From a virus (Duplodnaviria > Caudoviricetes): a stretch of 64,000 nucleotides of DNA. Positions 27,202 through 34,696 of the stretch are shown one piece after another. The position numbers and the translations under genes were made by a program. How positions within the stretch are numbered: position 1 is the stretch's first letter; every line of letters starts with the position of its first letter. The notes under the pieces were generated by a model. That model did not search any database. It worked only from the letters and a program-made list of their open reading frames with translations, and was not told the origin of the DNA. The stretch is taken from positions 8,928 through 72,927 of the IMG/VR virus record IMGVR_UViG_3300032272_000008; one strand, 5' to 3'.

Positions 27202-27555
27202 ATGTCAATCGCAACCATCATCCGTGACACGATCCAAAACACAAACGGCAAATTCGTTTCTATCAGCTTTGTAAAGAAAGACGGCTCAATCCGCACGCTG
27301 ACACATCGCGAAAATATGCTGAATAAATACGTGAAACAGGATGCAGAAAGTCAAGCCAAAGCAGCGGCTCGACGCGCAAACAACCCGCACTTGATTACAG
27401 TCATCGACATGCACGCGCATGCAAAATTGCCAGAAGATCAAAAAGCCCGCGCGATTCGTTCAATCGACGTTAACCGTGTATTCGAAATTAAGGCGAACGG
27501 TCGCACAATTCCATTCGGGCGTGTTGTCTCTCACGTTGTGCCCTTGGGTCAATAG
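27202..27555 (+). CDS. Hypothetical protein with WYL/SH3-like FVKKDGxxR motif
   Basis: KFVSISFVKKDGSIRTLT...RSIDVNRV. Confidence 0.7.
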   Translation: MSIATIIRDTIQNTNGKFVSISFVKKDGSIRTLTHRENMLNKYVKQDAESQAKAAARRANNPHLITVIDMHAHAKLPEDQKARAIRSIDVNRVFEIKANGRTIPFGRVVSHVVPLGQ

Positions 27556-27686
27556 TGCCAGCATATCGCGGCAAGGTTCGGATATCCAAAGCTGAATACT
27601 TTGCCAAAGGAGCGTGGCGCAACTCGAATTTGTGCCGCGCTCAGTCCAACAACGGCGCATGGCGCTATTACCTGATAACGGATTGA
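27555..27686 (+). CDS. Micro-protein (43 aa)
   Basis: GTG overlapping the upstream TAG; MPAYRGKVRISKAEYFAKGAWRNSNLCRAQSNNGAWRYYLITD. Confidence 0.5.
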   Translation: MPAYRGKVRISKAEYFAKGAWRNSNLCRAQSNNGAWRYYLITD

Positions 27687-27692
27687 ACCAAA

Positions 27693-28001
27693 ATGACACA
27701 ACCTGACATCCATGTACTTGCAACTAATGAAGATCACACCATCCTGACACACGTTCGGCTATCGTCTGCCGAAATCGGTTCGCTTTTTTGGGAAATATTC
27801 GAAAGTGACGTGGAAAGCGAAATCTCTTATTGGGACGAAGAGGATTGCGTGTTCGATATGCAACTCGACACTGAGGCCTTGCGCTTTGGGGCTTATGATC
27901 CGGAACAAATCCAGGAAATTTTAGAAGGGCAGACAATGTGCTTATTCGATGGTTTTGAGTACAGTTACACCGTGCACCGCTTTATCGATGGCGAGGAATG
28001 A
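27693..28001 (+). CDS. Acidic hypothetical protein
   Basis: Very Asp/Glu-rich 102-aa ORF in the early block. Confidence 0.65.
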   Translation: MTQPDIHVLATNEDHTILTHVRLSSAEIGSLFWEIFESDVESEISYWDEEDCVFDMQLDTEALRFGAYDPEQIQEILEGQTMCLFDGFEYSYTVHRFIDGEE

Positions 28002-28138
28002 CCATGTGCAGATTTTGGCATAGGCTTTTAGTCCGGATTAACTATGCGCTTGTTAAAGGCTCGACAATCGAACGCGAGAGGCGTAATTTACAAATCAGAA
28101 CAGAGCGCAGCTGGTTTTGACCAAAGGAAAACAACCCC

Positions 28139-28459
28139 ATGACACCTAAACAATTCACCGCATACGTGATCGCCGGACTAGTTGGCGGCGTTGTGTTCTC
28201 ACACATGAGCACGCCTAGTGCGCCCACCGTAGCGCAACAAGATGCAATTTACTTCAAAGCGGATTATATCGGAAAATTCGCAGGGCAATCATGTTCTGAG
28301 CTGGTACATGCGGCGTACACTTATGAAAGCAGACTAAAAGAGACACTTAAAATGCCAAAGAACACGGCATTTGAGATCAAGGCACAAAGCAGAGGCTTGA
28401 ACCGTTTAGAAGCATATCGCGAGGCATGGACGCGGGTTTATAAGGAAAAAAACTGCTAG
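28139..28459 (+). CDS. Small secreted/membrane protein
   Basis: CCAAAGGAAA leader; N-terminal hydrophobic helix. Confidence 0.7.
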   Translation: MTPKQFTAYVIAGLVGGVVFSHMSTPSAPTVAQQDAIYFKADYIGKFAGQSCSELVHAAYTYESRLKETLKMPKNTAFEIKAQSRGLNRLEAYREAWTRVYKEKNC

Positions 28460-28462
28460 GCG

Positions 28463-28477
28463 TTAACTTGATTTTAA
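28463..28477. promoter_or_regulatory. CtrA-type box TTAA-N7-TTAA
   Basis: TTAA CTTGATT TTAA, intergenic. Confidence 0.75.
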
Positions 28478-28543
28478 GGCGCGTCCGGTAGATTAGTCTT
28501 ATCGGAAGGGCAATCAAGCCCGACACTCAAAAGGAAAACGACC

Positions 28544-28711
28544 ATGTACCACAATTCAGCAATCCGCCCAATCGCTTCAATCATCAAATCCTCAGAAGTA
28601 GATGCAACTTTGTGGATGGCCAAAGCTGACCGCGTTGCTCCTGCAACCCCGGCAAAGCCTGCAAAGCCTTCAGCCAAAAACGCTATTGGCCGCACGTTCG
28701 GCAAGCGCTAA
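28544..28711 (+). CDS. Small basic protein (55 aa)
   Basis: AAAGGAAA RBS; MYHNSAIRPIASIIKSS...PAKPAKPSAKNAIGRTFGKR. Confidence 0.6.
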   Translation: MYHNSAIRPIASIIKSSEVDATLWMAKADRVAPATPAKPAKPSAKNAIGRTFGKR

Positions 28712-28754
28712 TGTCACCAGTCATAAGCCTCAATCTACCAAAGGAAACACGACC

Positions 28755-28904
28755 ATGTACGGCAAAAAACCCCGCAATAAGAGTAAAAAAGCCGCCATTC
28801 GCACGGCACGCCAGAACAAGGCGAAAAACCGGGCTTTCGAATTTGCTCAAATGGCTGATTTTGTCCAATTTTCTAAGCCTGCCAAGAAAGGTGGCAAAGC
28901 ATGA
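28755..28904 (+). CDS. Very basic small protein (49 aa)
   Basis: CCAAAGGAAA leader; MYGKKPRNKSKKAAIRTARQNKAKNR... Confidence 0.65.
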   Translation: MYGKKPRNKSKKAAIRTARQNKAKNRAFEFAQMADFVQFSKPAKKGGKA

Positions 28905-29314
28905 CCGCGCAAAATGAATTTGTCGACGCTTTCATTCAAGCTGCATTGTGGTCGAGCACGTATGAACATGACGACTGCAACGACTGCATCGAAGGTATGT
29001 GCAACCCAAGCTGCGATGATGGCAACTACGAGCTTTCCAGCGATGCAGCTGCAACTCTGGCGCGCTTTGCGGTCCTATTTTTCCAACGCCATCAATTCAC
29101 CATTGCAAAGGCTGTAACCGGCAGTAATGAATTTTCAAATGCCGCCCAAGCTGGCCATGATTATTGGCTGACCGGGCAAGGGCACGGCGCGGGCTTTTGG
29201 GATGGCGATTGGAACAAAAAAGCGGCTGACATCTTGGACGCGGCAAGCAAAAATGCGCCATTTGAGCATATGCATTTCTATGTAGGTGCAACTCAGGAAT
29301 TGGAAATAGGATGA
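28901..29314 (+). CDS. Conserved phage early protein (DYWLTxxGHGAGFWD family)
   Basis: Motif GHDYWLTGQGHGAGFWDGDW; ATGA overlap. Confidence 0.7.
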   Translation: MTAQNEFVDAFIQAALWSSTYEHDDCNDCIEGMCNPSCDDGNYELSSDAAATLARFAVLFFQRHQFTIAKAVTGSNEFSNAAQAGHDYWLTGQGHGAGFWDGDWNKKAADILDAASKNAPFEHMHFYVGATQELEIG

Positions 29315-29658
29315 AAATCACAACGTGCATAAGCAACCTGGGCGACCGAGAAATCGTTAACTTCGATTGCAGAATTGCCGCTTATTCGGCGCTCTATGAT
29401 CGGATAATTGAACTTTGCCACGATACCGGCGCTTGGCCGAAGTGGTATGTGCAAGTCGGCCCTGACATGCTCAAGTCTGCTTTGCCTGCCCTTGCCGCCA
29501 AAGGCGTCTATATAGGCGTTGCAACGGTATCAGAAGAGGCCGCAGACATAGGCGGAATTGAGGGCGTATGGAAAGCTTTTGGCGAGCAACCGGAACTCAT
29601 AATTGACATTTGTCAAATTCTCAATATCTCGGCGCATGATTTACGCCGGATTGAATAG
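29311..29658 (+). CDS. Hypothetical protein
   Basis: ATGA overlap; last gene of the plus-strand early block. Confidence 0.65.
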   Translation: MKITTCISNLGDREIVNFDCRIAAYSALYDRIIELCHDTGAWPKWYVQVGPDMLKSALPALAAKGVYIGVATVSEEAADIGGIEGVWKAFGEQPELIIDICQILNISAHDLRRIE

Positions 29659-29659
29659 C

Positions 29660-30480
29660 GTACCAGAATGGCACAAAGCCCCTGTAAATAGGGGCCTTGT
29701 TGCGCCTACATCTAGGGCGTCCCTCTCTGGGTTGCATATACAACACCGCACTATGCACTATAATGCATAAGCCCCCTATATAAGGGGCGTACACAGAGCA
29801 CCCCCGCACACACTGGTGTATGTGCAACACCGTCCCGTGTTGTAACACCATCTAACACACCGTTCAACGTGTCCCATCTACCACACCGTGGCACACTGGC
29901 CACACCGGTGTACTGTGCATGTGCAATACGAATAATCTATTGTGTTCTCTCTCTGTTCTATGCGGTGTGTGCTGATCAACTCTGCTTGAGTTGTATATAC
30001 AACTCATGTGGACGTGGTGTACCACACATGCCACACCGTACCACTATGGCCACACTGCACACAGTGCTGTATGTACAACACGAATGAAATGATTTGTTCT
30101 CTCTTTGTTCTAATGAAACAAAAGAATTATTTCTTTTCTTCTTTATAGTTAATGCATTGCGAATAAAGTTGTAGTTACACCGTACAATTTAGGCCACACA
30201 ATAAACCATGCAAAATTGCGCGGGCAATAATCGTGCCATGTCTATGCGGTGTGTGTGGAACGGTGTAGATGCATCCTTCATTATCCTTAACGGAAATTCT
30301 CGGGGACCCAAAGGTGTACATACCCCTGCCGCGCCCCCACGGCCCTCCTGGTGGGACTGGCAAATTTTCTGTGTACGCACAAAAAGTGTTACCAGGGACC
30401 CAATCAGACAATGTAAGGAACACTTACATGCAACACCGTCCCATAAAAAATTTTTTATACACCGTACACTGATCATCATA
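29660..30480. repeat. Repeat- and palindrome-rich non-coding junction between converging gene blocks
   Basis: Many ACACCGT/ACGGTGT heptamers; TGCAACACCGTCCC x2; TCTATGCGGTGTGTG x2; palindromes at 29988-30005 and 30443-30458. Confidence 0.8.
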
Positions 30481-30486
30481 CATCAT

Positions 30487-30597
30487 TCATGACAACAGCA
30501 CCATATTGATCAACCACACGCACAGAAGCGCAAAAATTCCCATAGGCGTCCACCCGAAGGCCGCGCCCGCTGCAAAACCCAACAGAATGATGATCAT
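30487..30597 (-). CDS. Hydrophobic micro-peptide (36 aa)
   Basis: MIIILLGFAAGAAFGWTPMGIFALLCVWLINMVLLS. Confidence 0.45.
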   Translation of the reverse strand: MIIILLGFAAGAAFGWTPMGIFALLCVWLINMVLLS

Positions 30598-30602
30598 TTC
30601 AG

Positions 30603-30716
30603 TCACCAGCGACGTGTTAAAGCAAACATCGTCAGCCACAGCACAAACAGCGCCAAGACACCGCATCCAACACCGAACATCGCACCCAACACGGCAGCCC
30701 ACAACAGCACATCCAT
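30603..30716 (-). CDS. Hydrophobic micro-peptide (37 aa)
   Basis: AAGGA RBS; MDVLLWAAVLGAMFGVGCGVLALFVLWLTMFALTRRW. Confidence 0.55.
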   Translation of the reverse strand: MDVLLWAAVLGAMFGVGCGVLALFVLWLTMFALTRRW

Positions 30717-31124
30717 ATCCTTTTCCTTTCACTTCTTTTCCATGCGCATATATATGCGCACACCGTACCACAGCACAATTCATCCTCACGATCCAAAAGC
30801 GAGCAAGCTTAATAACGGATCATGCGCGCCACGATACGGTGTGCTATCCAGACCCTTCGTGGCGGAAGGAACTGGAATTAGAATCTACAATCTACAATTC
30901 TACGGTGTGGATCACGAGGATCGAATCACTACGTGTCCACTCCGTAGTCACGTCACCAAGGTGGTGACATGACAGACCCACCACCACAGCAGGTCATTTG
31001 TTCTTGTCTCCTGTATCCTGAAGTGAAGTCACACTACCATCACACCAGCGGACTTGGATATTCAATTGCCCATTCTCGGTTAATAGAACCACCAAGAACA
31101 GGCACGCCAGGAACCCCGCCGCGT

Positions 31125-31310
31125 TCATTTTCCCACCTGTCGCTTCGGCACCGACACCGTAATGGACACACTCTCAAACGTTCCCTCTCCACGTTCAGCA
31201 CGCTCGACCATCGCATCCACCATCGAATGCAGTCGCTCACGCAACGTATCAGCATCGTTGTACGTTCCGCCGCCAGAGGAGCCATTACTCCATACGTATC
31301 CCATATTCAT
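31125..31310 (-). CDS. Small hypothetical protein
   Basis: Fits the minus-strand operon packing. Confidence 0.45.
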   Translation of the reverse strand: MNMGYVWSNGSSGGGTYNDADTLRERLHSMVDAMVERAERGEGTFESVSITVSVPKRQVGK

Positions 31311-31325
31311 CGCGTCATACCCTTT

Positions 31326-31371
31326 CTCAGTTAGCCAAACATCCCATACTCAGTTAGCCAAACATCCCATA
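31326..31371. repeat. Perfect 23-bp tandem duplication
   Basis: CTCAGTTAGCCAAACATCCCATA x2. Confidence 0.95.
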
Positions 31372-31701
31372 AACCAGAACCACCATCACGGCCATGCCCA
31401 GACGGAGCAACATGTGCGCCCGTCCTATTCGATCATGCTCTTCCAGGTCCCAGGCGATCGGCGCGAACCATCGGTCCTTCTTCATCTGTTCATAGCTTGA
31501 GACAGATCGCTCCATACCGCAGTGACACCGCCCCGCGACCCGACGCTGTTCCCGATCGAGTCCATCATAGCTAAACAGAACAGCAGAGCACATAAAGGGC
31601 CGATCGCCCGAGCTATGAGGAATGCCAGGATAACGCGCACGTGCTGCATTGCAGGATAATCTTTCCATCACGCGCCCCAGCAACTCAAAGGGTCCAAACA
31701 A
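31354..31701 (-). CDS. Hypothetical protein with C-terminal TM segment (start uncertain)
   Basis: RCHCG motif; hydrophobic C-terminus. Confidence 0.5.
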   Translation of the reverse strand: MFGPFELLGRVMERLSCNAARARYPGIPHSSGDRPFMCSAVLFSYDGLDREQRRVAGRCHCGMERSVSSYEQMKKDRWFAPIAWDLEEHDRIGRAHMLLRLGMAVMVVLVYGMFG

Positions 31702-32039
31702 TCAACCTTGACGCGTGCCGCAACCAGTTGAATGTGCGCCGTCGGCACAGAGTTCATGTCGTGGCCGCACGCTGTCAGCGCTTCGCGGATCGCTGTTTCC
31801 AACGGCGTCAGATCTTCGGCAGGAATCAACTCGACCCGGATACCGTTCTTTTCACCCTCGCGGTGTTCACCGTACTTGCCCACACGTTGTATGCCGCAGC
31901 CTTTCACAACCAAGTTCATGAACCCTTGGTCGGGCATATCTGCGAACGTGACGAACATGGACCCACCTGTAATATCTAACACCGTAGCAATGCCGTTCCA
32001 AAACTGGGCATGACGGGTTTTTTCATCTTCAGTAGCCAT
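31668..32039 (-). CDS. Hypothetical protein
   Basis: AAGGAG RBS, coupled to the upstream stop. Confidence 0.7.
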   Translation of the reverse strand: MATEDEKTRHAQFWNGIATVLDITGGSMFVTFADMPDQGFMNLVVKGCGIQRVGKYGEHREGEKNGIRVELIPAEDLTPLETAIREALTACGHDMNSVPTAHIQLVAARVKVDCLDPLSCWGA

Positions 32040-32344
32040 CAGAGTTCTCCTTCCTTTTCACTACGCAACCGGATCTCACGAGCCACCGTACGACACGCCA
32101 GTCGCTCACCGATCGAAGACAGCGGCTGATCCATCGCGTATTGAAAGGACAGAAACGTCTCCTGTTCCTTTTCCGCAACCAGCGCACATTGCTCGCGCTC
32201 GTCGTGGATGGCTGCCGTAATCAAGGACAGCACATCACGCGCTGGCACCACCATTACGTCATCCACTGCTACGCGGCGCATAAACTCAACCGCCAGCGTC
32301 TCCGCGCGCTTCTTATCCATTGAAAGCACCCTGTGTCTGGGCAT
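32039..32344 (-). CDS. Hypothetical protein, ERExCA paralog 1
   Basis: IHDEREQCALVAE. Confidence 0.7.
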   Translation of the reverse strand: MPRHRVLSMDKKRAETLAVEFMRRVAVDDVMVVPARDVLSLITAAIHDEREQCALVAEKEQETFLSFQYAMDQPLSSIGERLACRTVAREIRLRSEKEGEL

Positions 32345-32660
32345 CTATAGACCGCTTGCGGATCAAACCCGCGATCGAAGCTGCCGCGAAGCATTCGCCG
32401 TCAGCCCGCATCGGATTGTTCCGCCGATGATCCATTTCATCGGATGTGGCGTGAACTGTGTCAGCAATCAGAGCGCATTGCTCACGTTCTGCATGCAGGG
32501 CCACGGCCACCAACTGCAAAACGGTCACAACGTCGATGAGGATAGGCTTGTCACCATTCTCCCCACCCGCCTGGATCAGCTCTTTAAGGATCTCCGACGC
32601 TTCATCGTGCGACATCCCCAGCGTTGTTTTTATGTCAGACATTTTCAAACTTCCTTTCAT
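32313..32660 (-). CDS. Hypothetical protein, ERExCA paralog 2
   Basis: LHAEREQCALIAD. Confidence 0.7.
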   Translation of the reverse strand: MKGSLKMSDIKTTLGMSHDEASEILKELIQAGGENGDKPILIDVVTVLQLVAVALHAEREQCALIADTVHATSDEMDHRRNNPMRADGECFAAASIAGLIRKRSIDAQTQGAFNG

Positions 32661-32666
32661 TTCATT

Positions 32667-32864
32667 TCAATCAGCGTCTGTAGGACCTTTTAGCGTGAGA
32701 ATAGTTGAGCCGCAACGCTCATCCACACTCTTGGTTAAGACGCGAGAACCAAGCCCCACGCCTTCGCGGATCACATCGCCAATCATGTAGTTTTTCTTGA
32801 CCACTGTGTCCTGAGACGGCAGATAGCCATCGAACCACTGCAATGTGTATTTGACTGACATCAA
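32667..32864 (-). CDS. Small hypothetical protein
   Basis: Tightly packed in the operon. Confidence 0.6.
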   Translation of the reverse strand: MMSVKYTLQWFDGYLPSQDTVVKKNYMIGDVIREGVGLGSRVLTKSVDERCGSTILTLKGPTDAD

Positions 32865-33160
32865 CCGCGCTCCCGCTTGACACGCAGGTCCTGCTCAGAG
32901 CCAGTACGCGACAGGATAGCCTCCCGCGCCCGGTACGAACTGTCAGAGCGTCCAACGATCTTCGCACACTCAAGGCGTTCCTGCATGATGACCATCGTCA
33001 CCAAATCGCGGATGGAGTCAGAGTCCTGTGCTGCGGCCAGCAAATCACAGATGTTCGACACCGTATCAGCTGTCAACGCATCTAGTAATTCGGGTACGTT
33101 GTGGCTATCCACAGCCTCCCTCAACTTATCCGTCCAGGCAAGATCAAGCGTAGTGCTCAT
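32861..33160 (-). CDS. Hypothetical protein, ERExCA-like paralog 3
   Basis: IMQERLECAKIVG. Confidence 0.65.
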   Translation of the reverse strand: MSTTLDLAWTDKLREAVDSHNVPELLDALTADTVSNICDLLAAAQDSDSIRDLVTMVIMQERLECAKIVGRSDSSYRAREAILSRTGSEQDLRVKRERG

Positions 33161-33456
33161 TATTCGTCCTTTCGCTTTTTCAATGCATCCAATTCGTCGC
33201 GCAGCTCATCTCGATCATTTTTGAGATGCATTGCGACCTCGATCAGTGCCAGAAGGGATTTCCCGGCAACTGTAGGCACAAAACGGATGTCAGCCTTCGA
33301 AGTTCGCGTATGAACCTCTCTGACATAGCCATAATCCTGCATTTTCCGCAAGCGCATGACCATTTTCGGGTCTCGCGTGTCAAAAAACTTCCGACCCTCT
33401 GCAAAAATACGTGCCAAAACCTTCTCAGGCAGGTTTGCGCGGGATATTTTCGCCAT
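33160..33456 (-). CDS. Hypothetical protein (winged-helix-like plus coiled coil)
   Basis: LRKMQDYGYV...FVPTVAGKSLL pattern. Confidence 0.6.
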   Translation of the reverse strand: MAKISRANLPEKVLARIFAEGRKFFDTRDPKMVMRLRKMQDYGYVREVHTRTSKADIRFVPTVAGKSLLALIEVAMHLKNDRDELRDELDALKKRKDE

Positions 33457-33896
33457 CAGATCTTCGCTCCGTGATTTCGAGCCTCTACAAGCAGCTCATC
33501 GATCGTGATTTCAAGCATTTCAGCCACATCATCGCCGGGGTAGCCCATATCCAAGGCCAAAAAGCAGATCGCGGTGTCGAGACCGTCAACATATTTCTTT
33601 CCACCCTGTGCCATCGTTGCTCGAACCTGATCCAGCTTGTCACAGAGCGCGGGATCAGCGAAAAAAGCGTACGCCGACAGAAGGTCGGGGCTTTTTGGGG
33701 GTATCGACGATGTGGGCAGGATCATCGGTGCTCCAACGCCCGGTAATAGTGCCTTCTTGATTTTTGGTGTTTCGTTTGCCATGCAAACGTTCTCCTTTCG
33801 TTCTTTTCTTGTGTTCTTGTCCACTGACGGGGAACCTGTTGGTCCCCCGCCTGAAGATGTGAGCGTCAGTTCTACGACCTTGGGGTGTAGTCCCAA
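33456..33896 (-). CDS. Hypothetical protein (start probably internal, MANETPK)
   Basis: AAGGAG precedes the internal ATG. Confidence 0.55.
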   Translation of the reverse strand: MGLHPKVVELTLTSSGGGPTGSPSVDKNTRKERKENVCMANETPKIKKALLPGVGAPMILPTSSIPPKSPDLLSAYAFFADPALCDKLDQVRATMAQGGKKYVDGLDTAICFLALDMGYPGDDVAEMLEITIDELLVEARNHGAKI

Positions 33897-34159
33897 TTGT
33901 AGCGCTCTCGCCAGAGTTCGTCTTGTTGATTATGGATGTCATCAGGGTCTTCCTTCACAAAGTATGCCATGTGGTTCCCCTTCTGATCCTGTTGAATCAT
34001 TTGGATGATCGAACCACCTTCTTGGTCGCGGGCATAGCCAGGATTGTGTTTCCCATCATCTGGATTCACCGTGAGGATGATCTCAGAGTTCAGAAGAAAC
34101 TTGTCGGAGTTAAGTGCCTCACGGAGCTGTGTGGCGTTATGGGTCAGTTTGAGTAACAT
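33872..34159 (-). CDS. Hypothetical protein
   Basis: Co-oriented ORF. Confidence 0.5.
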   Translation of the reverse strand: MLLKLTHNATQLREALNSDKFLLNSEIILTVNPDDGKHNPGYARDQEGGSIIQMIQQDQKGNHMAYFVKEDPDDIHNQQDELWRERYNWDYTPRS

Positions 34160-34570
34160 TTTCTGTGTCTTTCATTTGCATGTTGCGCTTCGGATGCAGT
34201 GTCGTAACCCGAATGATCAAATCAGGCAAGGACGGAGGTGATACATGGTAAACGGCTGCAATTTGTCCCCGGCCACTGACACAGAATAGCTGTGTGCGTC
34301 CTACACGCCTGTCGCGCAGCTTGAGCGAACCGTATGGCCCACCCACGCGTTTACAGTCGCTCTGCATGTCCAAGATGAGTGGCGGGTAGTATCTATATTC
34401 CGTCTTCATGGCGGTCTGCTGCGCTATTATAGAATACGCCAACTGTTGCTGGCCGTAATAAAGAGCACCCAGCGCAAGCAGCGCCAGAAAGGCCCCAGCG
34501 AACACCGCACAGTCCGAAGGTGTCTTCAAAAAACCCAGCCAGGACACAGGTCCTTGATCTTTATTATTCA
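34137..34570 (-). CDS. Membrane-anchored hypothetical protein
   Basis: GGAGG RBS before MNNKDQG; one TM segment. Confidence 0.6.
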
Positions 34571-34696
34571 TTGTGATATTACCCCTCCATTGATTGTTGC
34601 GCATTCCGTTCGACAATCTCACAACCGTTGTTCGCCCACAACAAGCAGATAAAAACAGGGTTAAGAACGTCCTGACAATTAGGAGCATTCATACCC

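Noticed and set aside
29740-30470. Possible mini-CRISPR array
   Set aside because: Repeats are 7-15 bp, irregularly spaced and on both strands; there is no constant repeat-spacer period. The Cas4-like gene is a common solo phage nuclease.
29869-30492. Short ORFs across the repeat junction
   Set aside because: Cys/His/Thr-biased translations of the repeats in several frames, without RBSs.
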